Shown here: in pieces, positions 34,581-45,605 of the stretch
Numbering within the stretch: position 1 is the first letter of the stretch
Layout of the letters: each line of letters begins with the position of its first letter
Source: Aeromonadaceae bacterium
GTDB taxonomy: Bacteria > Pseudomonadota > Gammaproteobacteria > Enterobacterales > Aeromonadaceae
Reading direction: 5' to 3'
Assembly: GCA_041911695.1 (NCBI GenBank)
Contig: JAYROM010000144.1
Location: 1,149 to 65,148, forward strand
DNA: 64,000 nt
Position numbers and translations under genes: made by a program
Notes under the pieces: generated by a model
What the model saw: only the letters and a program-made list of their open reading frames with translations
What the model was told of the DNA's origin: nothing
The model's database searches: none

Positions 34581-34609
34581 AGCTACGTCAACGGGAGACA
34601 TAAGTACGT
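34518..34609. repeat. Four tandem 21-nt repeats at the gspI/gspJ junction
   Basis: Minus strand: ATGTCTCCCGTTGACGTAGCT / ATGTCTCCCGTTAACGCACTT / ATGTCTCCCGTGAACGCAGCG / AGGTCTCCCGTTAATGCACGG. Confidence 0.92.
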
Positions 34610-34950
34610 AACGTGGCGCGGGCATTGGCTGCTGCCTCTTCGGTCCGCACCTCCACATCCAGCGCGCGGAAGCTATCATCATTGGTTTCCACCCCTTGCC
34701 AGCGCCAGTACCAGGTTCGCCCTGCCATGTTTTCCTGCCCCTTGGTCCAGTCGGTGCCGGGCCAGCGTTTGGCCAGCGTCAGCTCCGCCAACTGGTTATC
34801 CGCCACCCAGGTCGCCAGGGTCTTCTCTTCCATATCGCCGAGTGCCACCATTTGACCGGTCACGGTACGCACCAAGGCCAGGCCGGCCAGCGCAAATACC
34901 GCCAACGCAACCAGTACCTCCAGCAGTGTCATGCCCCGTGCCGGTCTCAT
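34588..34950 (-). CDS. gspI: Type II secretion minor pseudopilin I (ExeI)
   Basis: RG|MTLLEVLVALAVF, EKTLATWVADNQL, MAGRTWYWRW. Confidence 0.93.
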   Translation of the reverse strand: MRPARGMTLLEVLVALAVFALAGLALVRTVTGQMVALGDMEEKTLATWVADNQLAELTLAKRWPGTDWTKGQENMAGRTWYWRWQGVETNDDSFRALDVEVRTEEAAANARATLRTYVSR

Positions 34951-34955
34951 GATGA

Positions 34956-35609
34956 TTACTCCTTGCTGATCGCAGCCAGCGCCGCACGATCCAGCGCTTC
35001 GACCTTGCCAGTCTCGTCGCCACGGATCTGCACCAGATAGGGCTGGCTATCGCTGCCGCTGTCAGCCGCCGCCGTCAGCGTCAGCTCAAACGGGGTGATC
35101 TCATTCCCCGGCAGCAGCAGGATCTGCGGCGCCAGGTCACTGTCATCCCCACTGCGGGCAAACCAGTCCTGCTTCTCGACGCCGAGGGTCCGGCTTTCGT
35201 TGTCCAACGTCAGCCCCCCCAACGACAAATCCACTTGGGTTCCGGTCGGGAAGGTCCCCTCCGTGACCACCTTGTCTTTGACATAGGGGATCCAGAGTTG
35301 GTCATCCCATTCAGTGGCAATCGCGGTCTTCTGTTGCTCGACCGGGACATCGGCCTTGCGAGCGCGCACCATAAAACGGTAACCGGTCTTGTCGACCCGC
35401 AGGGCAATCACCCGCCCCTCGAGCACCGCCTGTTCCGACAGCTGCTGCACCACTGCCGTCAGCCGGGTTGCCTGGGTCCGTAAATCATCCTGGCCACCAG
35501 GCGCCAGACCGGGGATCGACAGCACCACAATCCCCACCGCACAGCCGATGATGACAATCACCAGCATAATTTCGATCAGGGTGAACCCCCGATGTTGAAC
35601 GCGCTTCAA
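34956..35609 (-). CDS. gspH: Type II secretion minor pseudopilin H (ExeH)
   Basis: RG|FTLIEIMLV, PQILLLPGNEITPFEL. Confidence 0.9.
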   Translation of the reverse strand: MKRVQHRGFTLIEIMLVIVIIGCAVGIVVLSIPGLAPGGQDDLRTQATRLTAVVQQLSEQAVLEGRVIALRVDKTGYRFMVRARKADVPVEQQKTAIATEWDDQLWIPYVKDKVVTEGTFPTGTQVDLSLGGLTLDNESRTLGVEKQDWFARSGDDSDLAPQILLLPGNEITPFELTLTAAADSGSDSQPYLVQIRGDETGKVEALDRAALAAISKE

Positions 35610-35618
35610 TGTGTCGCC

Positions 35619-36047
35619 TTACTTATCCATGTTCCAGTTGCCGATGTCGTCATCGGTGCCCGCTTCGCCATCCAGGCCAGTGGAGAAGACATCGATCTTG
35701 CCGTGTTCTCCCGGGCTCAGCAGTTGATAGGCATTGCCCCACGGGTCCTTGGGCAGACGCTTGATATAACCGCCATCACGATAGTTACGCGGCTCCGGCT
35801 CACTGTTCGGCTTGTTGACCAGCGACTCCAGCCCCTGTTCAGTGGTTGGATAACGGCTGTTATCCAGCTTGTACATATCCAGCGCATTCTCCAGTGCCAC
35901 GATATCCGTGACCGCCTTTTGCCGGTCGGCCTTCTCCTTGTTGCCCATCAGGTTGGGCACCACGATACTGGCCAGAATGCCGAGGATCACAATAACCACC
36001 ATGATTTCCAGCAACGTGAAACCGCGTTGCGCCTGTCTGTTTCGCAT
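35619..36047 (-). CDS. gspG: Type II secretion major pseudopilin G (ExeG)
   Basis: QRG|FTLLEIMVV, YPTTEQGL, RLPKDPWG, DDIGNW. Confidence 0.97.
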   Translation of the reverse strand: MRNRQAQRGFTLLEIMVVIVILGILASIVVPNLMGNKEKADRQKAVTDIVALENALDMYKLDNSRYPTTEQGLESLVNKPNSEPEPRNYRDGGYIKRLPKDPWGNAYQLLSPGEHGKIDVFSTGLDGEAGTDDDIGNWNMDK

Positions 36048-36087
36048 ACATCCTCCTGGTCAGACAAAAAATGGCTACCGCTGGCTA

Positions 36088-37308
36088 TCAGCGGCTAATC
36101 ATATTATTCAGGTCCATCAGCGGCTGCAGGATAGAGACCACAATCCCGAGCACCACCACCGCCATGGTGACCACCAGCAACGGCTCGAACACGCCGAGCG
36201 CCATGTTGACCTGGCCTTCAAATTCACGATCCTGGTTATCGGCCGCCCGCTCGAGCATGCCATCCAGCTCCCCTGAGCGCTCGCCGGAGGCGATCATGTG
36301 CAGCATCATCGGCGGAAACAGCCGGGTCTGCTCCAGCGCCGCACGCAGACTGCTGCCCTCGCGCACATGGCCGGCAGCCTCTGTCAGGCAGGCGCGCGCA
36401 AAGTCGTTGGTCAGCACCTCGCCACTGATGCGCATCCCCTCCAGCAACGGCACCGCGCTGGAGTTGAGAATACTCAGCGTGCGCGCATAACGGGCGGTAT
36501 TCAGCCCGCGACTGACCCGGCCAATCACCGGCAGACGCAGCACCTGGCGATGCCAGCCGCGCCGGCGGTCGGCATCCTTGACCCACCAGCGCCAGAACAG
36601 CACCAGACCCGCCAGCAGCATCAGCAGCCACAGTCCGTAATCACGCACAAAGTCGCTACAGCCCATCAGGATGCGGGTCGACAGCGGCAATTGTTGTTTC
36701 ATATGTACAAACTGCTCAACCACCTTGGGCACCACCGAGGAGAGCAGGATGGCAATCACGCCCACCGCGACCAGGGTCAGCACCACCGGATAGATCATCG
36801 CCTGCATCAATTTGCTCTTCATATGCTGGCGCTGTTCGGTGTAGTCGGCGAGACGGTTGAGCACGATATCGAGGTGGCCAGACTTTTCGCCGGCCGCCAC
36901 CATGGCGCGATACAGTTGATCAAAGATCGACGGGAAGGCGGCCATTGCATCGGCCAGACTGTGGCCTTCAACCACCTTGCTGCGCACGGCGGCCATCAGC
37001 GTCCGGTGACGGGGCTTATCGCACTGCTGGGCGACCGCCTTGAGTGCCTCCTCAATCGGCAGTGCGGCGGCGACCAGGGTGGCCAACTGACGGGTCACCA
37101 GTGCCAACTCGCCGGTGCTCATCGAGGGGCGCAACAGTGCAAAGCCGGTCGCCTCACGGCGCACCTTCTCGGTGCTCTCCGTGACCTCCAGCGGGGTCAG
37201 CCCCTGCTCACGCAGGATCTGACGCACCTGACGGGCCGAATCCGCCTCCTGGACACCCTGCTTGCGCCGCCCCTTACTGTCGAGCGCCTGGTATTCGTAG
37301 GCGGCCAT
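36088..37308 (-). CDS. gspF: Type II secretion inner-membrane platform protein F (ExeF)
   Basis: [35 protein letters not shown]. Confidence 0.96.
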   Translation of the reverse strand: MAAYEYQALDSKGRRKQGVQEADSARQVRQILREQGLTPLEVTESTEKVRREATGFALLRPSMSTGELALVTRQLATLVAAALPIEEALKAVAQQCDKPRHRTLMAAVRSKVVEGHSLADAMAAFPSIFDQLYRAMVAAGEKSGHLDIVLNRLADYTEQRQHMKSKLMQAMIYPVVLTLVAVGVIAILLSSVVPKVVEQFVHMKQQLPLSTRILMGCSDFVRDYGLWLLMLLAGLVLFWRWWVKDADRRRGWHRQVLRLPVIGRVSRGLNTARYARTLSILNSSAVPLLEGMRISGEVLTNDFARACLTEAAGHVREGSSLRAALEQTRLFPPMMLHMIASGERSGELDGMLERAADNQDREFEGQVNMALGVFEPLLVVTMAVVVLGIVVSILQPLMDLNNMISR

Positions 37309-37309
37309 C

Positions 37310-38878
37310 TTAGTCCTCCCGCGTCACACGCAGCACTTCTTCCAGGCTGGTGACCCCGGCCAGCACCTTGTCCATGCCGTCACGACGGATGCTCGGGGTG
37401 TGGTTACGGATCAGACGCTCAATCGCCATTTCACCGGATTCAGCGTGGATCGCCTCGCGCACTGACTCATCCACCAGCAACAACTCATGAATACCCGTAC
37501 GACCGCGATAGCCGGTCTGGTTACAGGCCTCACAACCGCAGGCGCGATAGACGGTGACTGCCGCGTCAGGGGCCACATCCAGCACCTCACGCTCCTGTGC
37601 GCTCGGCTGATAGCCAATGCGGCAAGCCGGACACAGGGTGCGCACCAGACGCTGCGCCAGCACGGCAAGTAGCGAGGTCGACAACAGAAACGGCTCGATG
37701 CCCATGTCCCGCAAACGGGTGACCGCACCGATGGCGGTATTGGTATGCAGGGTTGACATCACCAGGTGACCGGTCAACGACGCCTGCACGGCAATTTGCG
37801 CGGTTTCGAGGTCACGGATTTCGCCGACCATCACCACATCCGGGTCCTGACGCAGAATCGCACGCAGGCCACGGGCAAAGGTCATGTCCACCTTGGGATT
37901 GACCTGGGTCTGGCCGATGCCTTCCAGGTCATATTCGATAGGGTCTTCGACGGTGAGGATATTGCGGTCGCGTGAGTTGATCTCCGACAGCGCCGCATAC
38001 AGGGTGGTCGACTTACCCGAGCCGGTCGGCCCAGTGACCAGAATAATGCCGTGCGGTTTGCGGATCAGCGAGGAGATGTGCTCACGGTTACGCTTGGTCA
38101 TCCCCAGCTGTTTGAGCTCAAGACGCACATTGTTCTTGTCGAGCAGACGCAGCACCACGCGCTCACCATAACTCGACGGCATGGTTGACACACGCACGTC
38201 GACTGCCCGGCCGCCAATACGCAATGCGATACGACCATCCTGCGGGATACGCTTCTCGGCAATATCCAGCCGTGCCATGACCTTGATACGCGACACCAGC
38301 AACGAGGCCAGCTTGCGTTGCGGACGCAGGATTTCGCGCAACACGCCATCGATTCGGAAACGGATCACCAGGTGGCGTTCAAACGTCTCGATATGAATAT
38401 CCGACGCCTCCTCCTTGATCGCTTCGCTGAGCATGGCATTAATCAGGCGGATGATCGGCGCGTCATCCTCGGCATCGAGTAGATCCTCATTCTCCGGCAG
38501 CTCTTCGGCCAGCGTAAAGAAGTCCACCTCGTTACCGATATCCTCCATCAGTTGGCGTGCTTCAGACGAATCGCGCTGATAGCTGGCCATCAGATGCTCA
38601 TCAAACGCCTCGCCTTCGAGCGTCTCCACCACAAACGGCGCCCCAGCCACCCGGCGCGCCTCAAGCAGGGTTTGCGTGGTCACCCCGGGGCGCACCAACA
38701 GGTACAAGCCGTCGGCACGCTCCTCAAGGATCACCCCGCGGTCGCGGGCAAAGGCGAACGGCAGGCGGACCGCGCTATCCACGCCCTCCACCGCTGCGCT
38801 GTCCGGCACGCCATCCCGTGGGGCATCGACGCCATCACCCATCGCGGCGACGCTGGCGGAGGTCAGTGCGCTATTCAT
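37310..38878 (-). CDS. gspE: Type II secretion ATPase E (ExeE)
   Basis: GPTGSGKST (Walker A), [14 protein letters not shown], CxxC..CxxC. Confidence 0.97.
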   Translation of the reverse strand: MNSALTSASVAAMGDGVDAPRDGVPDSAAVEGVDSAVRLPFAFARDRGVILEERADGLYLLVRPGVTTQTLLEARRVAGAPFVVETLEGEAFDEHLMASYQRDSSEARQLMEDIGNEVDFFTLAEELPENEDLLDAEDDAPIIRLINAMLSEAIKEEASDIHIETFERHLVIRFRIDGVLREILRPQRKLASLLVSRIKVMARLDIAEKRIPQDGRIALRIGGRAVDVRVSTMPSSYGERVVLRLLDKNNVRLELKQLGMTKRNREHISSLIRKPHGIILVTGPTGSGKSTTLYAALSEINSRDRNILTVEDPIEYDLEGIGQTQVNPKVDMTFARGLRAILRQDPDVVMVGEIRDLETAQIAVQASLTGHLVMSTLHTNTAIGAVTRLRDMGIEPFLLSTSLLAVLAQRLVRTLCPACRIGYQPSAQEREVLDVAPDAAVTVYRACGCEACNQTGYRGRTGIHELLLVDESVREAIHAESGEMAIERLIRNHTPSIRRDGMDKVLAGVTSLEEVLRVTRED

Positions 38879-40917
38879 TGTGCCGGTCTCAGGAAGGTCG
38901 ACCGGGCGGACGAGGCGGCGCTCTGCTGATTCTTGCTCATGTTATCAATCATCTGCTGCACCTCAGGCGACACGATCGCGTCCTTGTCCGGTTCCGGGTA
39001 GGCCTGCAGCTGTGGCGTCGACAGGTCCGGCATCAGGCGCAGCCCCTTGCTGGCGCGTTCGAGCTGTTCAGCACGGAACATGGTGTACTTGTTATTCGAA
39101 ATCCCGGTATAAGTCACCGGATCACGCAGGATGGTCGGACGGATAAACACCATCAGGTTACGCTTGGTCTTATCGCTCTTGGTCGACTTGAACAGCTCAC
39201 CGACCACCGGGATATCGCCGAGCAATGGCACCTTGGAGACCACCTCATTGGTCTTCTCGTCGAGCAGACCGCCAAGGACAATGGTTTCGCCGCTCTTCAC
39301 CAGTACCGAGTTCTTGATGGTACGCACGTTAAAGGTCGAGCCCAGGCTGCTGCTGGTGGTGGTGGAATCGACGCTGGAAACCTCCTGCTCGATATCCAGC
39401 ATCACCGAATCCCCTTCGTTGATCTGCGGCTTGAACTTGAGCTTGGTGCCGACCGTCTTGCGCTCAACCGTGTTGTAGACGGTACTGCTGTCGGTCGAGG
39501 TCTGGGTCCCGGTCAGCACCGGCACTTCCTGACCGACATTGAACTCGGCCTCCTGGTTGTCCATGGTGGCCAGACTTGGAGTCGCCAACACATCGTTCTT
39601 GGTATCGGAACGCAATGCGGTCACCAATCCAAACCAGTCGCCGTGGTAGAAGCCGAGCGCGGCACCGGACAGACCCGCCACCGTCGAGGTACTGCTGGTA
39701 CTTGGATCCGAGCTCTTGTAATCCAGATAGGTGGTCACCCCGATATTCGACGAGGTGCTGTCGGCAAACTGCACCATACCGGCATTGGTATTCCCCCACT
39801 GCACGCCGAGTTGCGCCGCATTGCTGCTGGTCAACTCAACGATGATGGCTTCAACCAGCACCTGGGCACGACGGATATCCAACCGGCCGAGGATCTTCTC
39901 CATCTCCTGCATCATGTCCGGCTGCGCGGTGATAATCAGTGAGTTGGTCTGCTCGTCGGCTTCAATGCTTACCTTCTTGTCGGCGGTGATCCCCCCGCTG
40001 CCGGCCGAGGCCTGGGTGGTGGTACCGCCCTTGCCGGTCTGGATACTCTTGCTGACCCCGGTCAGCACATCGACCAGATTCTTGGCCTTGGCATACTTGA
40101 GATAGAAGACGCGGGTATTACCCTGGCTCTCCTGATCCTTATCCAGCTGGCGGATCATCTGGATCACACGCTGACGTGCCTTGGGCTCGCCGGAGATCAC
40201 CACCGCATTGGTGCGCTCATCAGCCACCACTTTCGGCGTCAGCAACGAACTGCTGCCCCCCTGTTTGTCATCCTTGGTCAGCGCGGTCACCAGACGCACG
40301 ATCTCCGCGGCCGAGGCAAAACGCAGACGAATGATGTCAACATCCTGGTCACCGGCCTTGTCGACGCGATGTACGATCTCGACCAGACGGTTGACCACCA
40401 TGGCACGGCCGGTAATCAGCAGCACATTGGAGGGTTCATAATGCACGACGTTGCCGCCACCGGCATTGTCATTCAGCTGGCGCAACAAGGGGGCCAGTTC
40501 GCGCACCGAGACGTTGCGCACCGGCACCACGCGGGTCACCATCTCGTCGCCTGAGCCCGGTTTGGCGTCATCCACCACCGGTACCCCAGAGGTCTTAGCG
40601 GTGTTGGAGCGCACCACCTTGACCACCCCACTGTCCATCGGCACCACGGCAAAGCCATACACGTCGAGCACGCTCAAGAAAAATTGGTAGTACTGCTCTT
40701 CATTCAGCAGGTCATAGCTACGCACATTGATTTTGCCGCGTACCGCCGGATCGACAATGATGGTCTTGTTCAGGTTGCGGCCGACGGTATTGATGAATTC
40801 CTGAATGTCGGTGTTCTTGAAACTGGCAGAAAACTCCGCCGCCTGGCTGCATGGCGCCCCCAGCAGGGCGGCAACGAGAATGCCAGCCAATACAGAACGT
40901 GTACCCTTGATGTGCAT
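38875..40917 (-). CDS. gspD: Type II secretion secretin D (ExeD)
   Basis: Signal peptide, [46 protein letters not shown]. Confidence 0.97.
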   Translation of the reverse strand: MHIKGTRSVLAGILVAALLGAPCSQAAEFSASFKNTDIQEFINTVGRNLNKTIIVDPAVRGKINVRSYDLLNEEQYYQFFLSVLDVYGFAVVPMDSGVVKVVRSNTAKTSGVPVVDDAKPGSGDEMVTRVVPVRNVSVRELAPLLRQLNDNAGGGNVVHYEPSNVLLITGRAMVVNRLVEIVHRVDKAGDQDVDIIRLRFASAAEIVRLVTALTKDDKQGGSSSLLTPKVVADERTNAVVISGEPKARQRVIQMIRQLDKDQESQGNTRVFYLKYAKAKNLVDVLTGVSKSIQTGKGGTTTQASAGSGGITADKKVSIEADEQTNSLIITAQPDMMQEMEKILGRLDIRRAQVLVEAIIVELTSSNAAQLGVQWGNTNAGMVQFADSTSSNIGVTTYLDYKSSDPSTSSTSTVAGLSGAALGFYHGDWFGLVTALRSDTKNDVLATPSLATMDNQEAEFNVGQEVPVLTGTQTSTDSSTVYNTVERKTVGTKLKFKPQINEGDSVMLDIEQEVSSVDSTTTSSSLGSTFNVRTIKNSVLVKSGETIVLGGLLDEKTNEVVSKVPLLGDIPVVGELFKSTKSDKTKRNLMVFIRPTILRDPVTYTGISNNKYTMFRAEQLERASKGLRLMPDLSTPQLQAYPEPDKDAIVSPEVQQMIDNMSKNQQSAASSARSTFLRPAQ

Positions 40918-40945
40918 TAACGCCTCGACTCCGCGGTGCTGGCCT

Positions 40946-41818
40946 CTATTGCGCCAGATTGATATATACATCCTGTTGCTGGCCATTTCGCTCCAGCGTC
41001 AGGGTCATCTCGGTCATGTTGGGTAATTGATTCATGATCTGCATTGCCTGACCAGTGTCGCGCAGATCGTAGCCATTGATGGCCACGGCCAGATCATTGG
41101 CCTGCAAACCCAAACGGCTAAAGAAGCCGGGATCTTTGCCTGGATTGACCCGATACCCAGAAAGCTTGTCGCCGTTCATCACCGGCGAAATGTTGACATA
41201 ATCCAGCAGTTTGCCCGGATCCTTGACCAGATCATCGCGCAAGGCGTGCAGGTCCGGCCCATTGGCCGGCGGCGGTCCAGGCGGGGCGGCACCGGCCGGT
41301 GCCGCCTTATAGGTCTCACCATCCAGCATCAGGGTTTCGTCCTGCCCCTGGTTATCAATGATCACCCGATCGGGCTGTACGGCGCGCAACTTGGCACGCG
41401 TTCCATGAATGGTTTCCCCAGGGCCGTAGGTACTTTCATCTCCGGCACTGAGAATAATGGCGATGGAGCGGCTGGGTACGGTACTGGCCAGCACCCCGGT
41501 CAGGGTCAGGTTAAGTTTGGTACGCGGGGCATTGCCATCGGTCGGTCGCGGCGGTGGCAACACGGCGGCCGCATTCTCCGCCTTGCCAAACAGCGTCAAC
41601 GCCAGCAAGGGACCCGGATCCAGCGGTGCCGGGGCCGGCCCGCGCGCCACAGGCAGGTTTAACGGCGCGGACTTGGCGGCAGGGGCTGGCAACAGACGCC
41701 AGGTCAGCGTCGCCAATTGCTGACAGGCCAGCACCAGCAGTATCAGCATGATCAACTGACTGCTGCGGCTGACTGGCAACCAGCGTGCCCAGCGTCGCAT
41801 TGCATCCCGTTCCAACAT
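40946..41818 (-). CDS. gspC: Type II secretion protein C with PDZ domain (ExeC)
   Basis: TM, APRTKLNLTLTG, GYRVNPGKD..DLAVAING. Confidence 0.93.
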   Translation of the reverse strand: MLERDAMRRWARWLPVSRSSQLIMLILLVLACQQLATLTWRLLPAPAAKSAPLNLPVARGPAPAPLDPGPLLALTLFGKAENAAAVLPPPRPTDGNAPRTKLNLTLTGVLASTVPSRSIAIILSAGDESTYGPGETIHGTRAKLRAVQPDRVIIDNQGQDETLMLDGETYKAAPAGAAPPGPPPANGPDLHALRDDLVKDPGKLLDYVNISPVMNGDKLSGYRVNPGKDPGFFSRLGLQANDLAVAINGYDLRDTGQAMQIMNQLPNMTEMTLTLERNGQQQDVYINLAQ

Positions 41819-42016
41819 CTTTTCCTGCCTAAAGGCGGCGTAGCCGCTCGTGACCCATTTTGCAAGTCAGGTATTCTTACCTGTAGCGATGGAACTGACA
41901 ACCGCCCTGACCTCACGCAATGACAAATTCATGAATGGCGCCACTTAAATTGATGAAACCTGACATGGTTTATCCTCTGGTATACTCTCTTTTTCATCAG
42001 ATACAGGAGCGCCAGG

Positions 42017-42418
42017 ATGACCGCAGAGAACGCCAGCGCCCTGCGCCTTGATAAATGGTTATGGGCCGCACGCTTCTATAAGACCCGCGCAATAGCCCGT
42101 AGCATGATTGAAGGCGGCAAGGTGCATTACAATGGCCAGCGCAGCAAACCAGGCAAGCAGGTCGAAGTCGGCGCGCAGTTACGCCTGTGGCAAGGTGATG
42201 ACGAACGAGAGGTGATCGTCCGGGTGCTCAGTGAACAGCGCCGGGGGGCACCGGAAGCCGCTCTGCTCTATGAAGAGACGGCCGCCAGTCTGGCCAAACG
42301 GGCCAAGATGGCCGAAGCGCGACGCCTGAACAGCCTGTACGCGCCGCATCCGGAAACCCGACCGGACAAAAAACAACGCCGCGACCTACTACGACTCAAA
42401 CAGGGCGATCTGGCCTGA
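42017..42418 (+). CDS. hslR: Ribosome-associated heat-shock protein Hsp15
   Basis: RLDKWLWAARFYKTR..RPDKKQRR. Confidence 0.97.
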   Translation: MTAENASALRLDKWLWAARFYKTRAIARSMIEGGKVHYNGQRSKPGKQVEVGAQLRLWQGDDEREVIVRVLSEQRRGAPEAALLYEETAASLAKRAKMAEARRLNSLYAPHPETRPDKKQRRDLLRLKQGDLA

Positions 42419-42452
42419 GCGCCGGCTTGCCCATCACAGACCGAGAACCAAG

Positions 42453-43337
42453 ATGACACAACCGGATCAACTCTATCGCTATCTCTTTGAACACCACCAG
42501 GTGCGTGGTGAACTGGTGCAGCTCGAACAGACCTGCGCCAGCATGCTGCAAGCCCAGTCCTATCCGCTGGCAGTGCGCCAGATCCTGGCCGAGATGCTGG
42601 TTGCCACCAGCCTGCTCACCGCCACACTGAAGTTCGAGGGCTCGATCACCGTCCAGCTGCAGGGCCAGGGGCCCCTGCGTCTGGCGGTGATCAACGGTGA
42701 CCACCAGCAACAACTGCGCGGCGTCGCACGCTGGGAAGGTGACCTGGACCAGCCACTGTCGTTCCGCGAACTGATTGGCGATGGTCATATGGTGATCACC
42801 ATTACCCCGGATCAGGGTGAACGCTATCAGGGCATCATTGCGCTGGAGCAGGATTCGCTGGCCGCCTGTCTGGAGCAATATTTTGCCCAGTCAGAACAGC
42901 TGGCTACCCGGATCTGGATCCGTACCCAAACCAGTGATGAGGCCAGCGCCGCCGCGGGCATGCTACTGCAGGCCCTCCCCGCCCAGGATGACAACCACGA
43001 AGCCGATTTCGAACACCTGGCGACCCTGACCGATACCATCAAGGATGAGGAGTTGTTTGCGCTGCCCGCCACCGAGATCCTCTATCGCTTGTATCACGAG
43101 GAGGAGGTGCGGGTGTTCGAGCCGCAGGCCATCCGCTTCCATTGCACCTGCTCCCGCCACCGCTGCGAACAGGCCTTACTGCAGGTCGGTCTCAACGAGG
43201 CCGAAGCAATTCTGGCCGAGCAGGGCACCATCGACATGCACTGTGATTACTGTGGTAGCCATTACCAGTTTGACACCGTCGATGTGCAGGCGCTGTTCCA
43301 CAGCAGCCGGCAGCCGGATAGCCCACAAACCCACTAA
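42453..43337 (+). CDS. hslO: Redox-regulated chaperone Hsp33
   Basis: DQLYRYLFE, YFAQSEQL, CTCS..CDYC. Confidence 0.97.
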   Translation: MTQPDQLYRYLFEHHQVRGELVQLEQTCASMLQAQSYPLAVRQILAEMLVATSLLTATLKFEGSITVQLQGQGPLRLAVINGDHQQQLRGVARWEGDLDQPLSFRELIGDGHMVITITPDQGERYQGIIALEQDSLAACLEQYFAQSEQLATRIWIRTQTSDEASAAAGMLLQALPAQDDNHEADFEHLATLTDTIKDEELFALPATEILYRLYHEEEVRVFEPQAIRFHCTCSRHRCEQALLQVGLNEAEAILAEQGTIDMHCDYCGSHYQFDTVDVQALFHSSRQPDSPQTH

Positions 43338-43464
43338 CTCAGGCCATTGCCCTGCCTGAGCTGACCGGTGACCGACCTTGCGCGGTTGCCGGTTCCCTCC
43401 TGCCCCACGCCAATGTGCCCCCCGCACACAGGTATCACCTACTGCCGATATTGATTGGCACTGA

Positions 43465-43486
43465 CAGTGCGTAATCGCTCACAAAA
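43465..43486. promoter_or_regulatory. Putative CRP site upstream of pckA
   Basis: TGCGT-AATCGC-TCACA-AAA; pckA is CRP-activated in E. coli. Confidence 0.45.
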
Positions 43487-43756
43487 ATAGCGCAAATTTT
43501 GCGCACAGTTCACAAATTAAACATATGATTTACAAGGTTTTTATCACCCAACAAACCAGGATGACTCAGGAATTAAAACCACCACCGACCAACATGCCAG
43601 CATAAAACACCATAAGAGCCGCTATTTATGCAATGTCATCACTGAAGTGACTCACCGGAATTTGAAGCCTGTCGCGGTTCCGGACAACACCCGTGTTTTA
43701 GACTCATTAACAGAATGACTCCATGCTGTTTACCCTACGACCACCAGGAGAAAACT

Positions 43757-45379
43757 ATGACCCAACAAGGTACCCTGGCTGATGTACTGAGCCTCGAACA
43801 CTATGGCATTCACCATGTCACCGACATCGTGCGTAACCCCTCCTACGAGCAGCTGTTTGCCGAAGAGACCAATCCGGCGCTCTCTGGCTATGAATGCGGC
43901 ATCGTGACCAAGCTGGGGGCGGTGAAGGTTGATACCGGTGTGTTTACCGGCCGTTCGCCCAAGGACAAATATCTGGTCATGGATGATCTGACCCGCGACA
44001 CCGTGTGGTGGAGCAATGGTGGCAAGAACGACAACAAACCGATCTCTCCGGAGGTGTGGAGCCATCTCAAGTCGCTGGTACAGGAAGAGCTCTCCGGCAA
44101 ACGCCTGTTTGTGATTGACGGCTTCTGCGGCGCCCATGCCGACACCCGCCTCAAGGTGCGGATCATTACCGAGGTGGCCTGGCAGGCCCACTTTGCCAAG
44201 AATATGTTTATCCGCCCGACCGACGCCGAACTGGCCGACTTCGAGCCGGACTTTGTGGTGCTCAACGGCTCTAAATGCACCAATCCGCAGTGGAAAGATC
44301 AGGGACTGAACTCGGAGAACTTTGTTGCCTTTAACCTGACCGAGAAGATGCAGGTCATCGGCGGCACCTGGTACGGCGGCGAAATGAAGAAGGGGATGTT
44401 CTCGATCATGAACTACCTGCTGCCGCGCCGCGGGATTGCCTCGATGCACTGCTCGGCCAATGTCGGCCCGGATGGCGATGTCGCGGTATTCTTCGGTCTC
44501 TCCGGCACCGGCAAGACCACGCTGTCGACCGATCCGAAGCGTGCGCTGATCGGCGATGACGAACATGGCTGGGATGATGAAGGGGTGTTCAACTTCGAGG
44601 GGGGCTGCTACGCCAAGACCATCAAGCTGAGCAAGGAGGCGGAGCCGGATATTTACAACGCAATCCGTCGCGATGCCCTGCTGGAGAACGTCACCGTCGA
44701 TGCTGACGGCAATGTCGATTTTGATGATGGCAGCCGCACCGAGAACACCCGCGTCTCCTACCCGCTCTACCATATCGACAATATCGTCAAACCGGTGTCG
44801 GCCGCCGGCCATGCGACCAAGGTGATCTTCCTCACCGCTGATGCCTTTGGTGTATTGCCGCCGGTCTCCAAGCTGACCAAGGATCAGACCCAATACCACT
44901 TCCTCTCCGGCTTCACCGCCAAATTGGCGGGGACCGAACGCGGGATCACCGAGCCGCAACCGACCTTCTCCGCCTGTTTCGGCAAGGCGTTCCTCACCCT
45001 GCACCCGACCCAGTATGGGCAAGAGCTGGTCAAGCGAATGGAGGCCGCCGGCGCCGAGGCCTATCTGGTCAACACCGGCTGGAACGGCAGCGGCAAGCGT
45101 ATCTCGATCAAGGATACCCGCGCGATTATCGACGCCATCCTGGATGGCAGTATCGAGCGCGCCCAAATGACCACGCTGCCGATCTTCAATCTGGCAATGC
45201 CGGTCGATCTGCCGAATGTGAATCCGCACATCCTGGACCCGCGCGATACCTACGCCAGCCAGGAGGAGTGGGAGAACAAAGCGCAGGATCTCGGCCAGCG
45301 CTTTATCCGCAACTTTGAACAGTACACGGATAATGACGAAGGGCGTCGTCTGGTGGCCGCCGGGCCGCAATTGGGCTAA
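43757..45379 (+). CDS. pckA: Phosphoenolpyruvate carboxykinase (ATP)
   Basis: [35 protein letters not shown]; CAGGAG RBS. Confidence 0.98.
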   Translation: MTQQGTLADVLSLEHYGIHHVTDIVRNPSYEQLFAEETNPALSGYECGIVTKLGAVKVDTGVFTGRSPKDKYLVMDDLTRDTVWWSNGGKNDNKPISPEVWSHLKSLVQEELSGKRLFVIDGFCGAHADTRLKVRIITEVAWQAHFAKNMFIRPTDAELADFEPDFVVLNGSKCTNPQWKDQGLNSENFVAFNLTEKMQVIGGTWYGGEMKKGMFSIMNYLLPRRGIASMHCSANVGPDGDVAVFFGLSGTGKTTLSTDPKRALIGDDEHGWDDEGVFNFEGGCYAKTIKLSKEAEPDIYNAIRRDALLENVTVDADGNVDFDDGSRTENTRVSYPLYHIDNIVKPVSAAGHATKVIFLTADAFGVLPPVSKLTKDQTQYHFLSGFTAKLAGTERGITEPQPTFSACFGKAFLTLHPTQYGQELVKRMEAAGAEAYLVNTGWNGSGKRISIKDTRAIIDAILDGSIERAQMTTLPIFNLAMPVDLPNVNPHILDPRDTYASQEEWENKAQDLGQRFIRNFEQYTDNDEGRRLVAAGPQLG

Positions 45380-45397
45380 GCCATTAGACCGGAAACA

Positions 45398-45582
45398 TGA
45401 AAACGGGCCGAGCGGCCCTAATGCCAGTCAGTTAACGAAGGAGAGATAACCGGTTGAGTCAACCGTTGGCGGCAGGGATGCCGCCATCGAGCCCCCATGG
45501 AAGGGTTGACGGCGTGTTGGCGAAAAAGGTTGTATCTCCGGCGTGCTTCACTGACCAGCATTAGCCGCCGGCCCGTTTTCGT
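45398..45582. terminator. Bidirectional pckA/greB terminator, interrupted by a MITE
   Basis: Arms GAAAACGGGCCG (45399-45410) and CGGCCCGTTTTC (45569-45580). Confidence 0.65.
45419..45563. mobile_element. 145-bp non-autonomous element (MITE) with IS4-like terminal inverted repeats
   Basis: IRs TAATGCCAGTCAGTTAAC and TAATGCTGGTCAGTGAAG (reverse complement); flanking near-direct repeats GCCGAGCGGCCC / GCCGCCGGCCC; no transposase. Confidence 0.78.
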
Positions 45583-45605
45583 TGGCTGACGCTCAAGCAC
45601 ACCGC

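Noticed and set aside
24602-34609. Heptamer and 21-mer arrays as possible CRISPR
   Set aside because: Contiguous units with no unique spacers, and no cas genes
36298-39942. 351-aa and 461-aa + strand ORFs in the T2SS cluster
   Set aside because: Antisense to gspF/E/D; no domain signal
30511-41818. T2SS between yrfG and hslR as a horizontally acquired island
   Set aside because: Location next to hslR-hslO-pckA is the known one for Vibrio eps and Aeromonas exe clusters; composition matches the flanks and no mobility genes are present
43730-45370. 546-aa antisense ORF
   Set aside because: Codon-aligned shadow of pckA, expected from the biased codon usage of a GC-rich, highly expressed gene; no recognisable motifs or RBS
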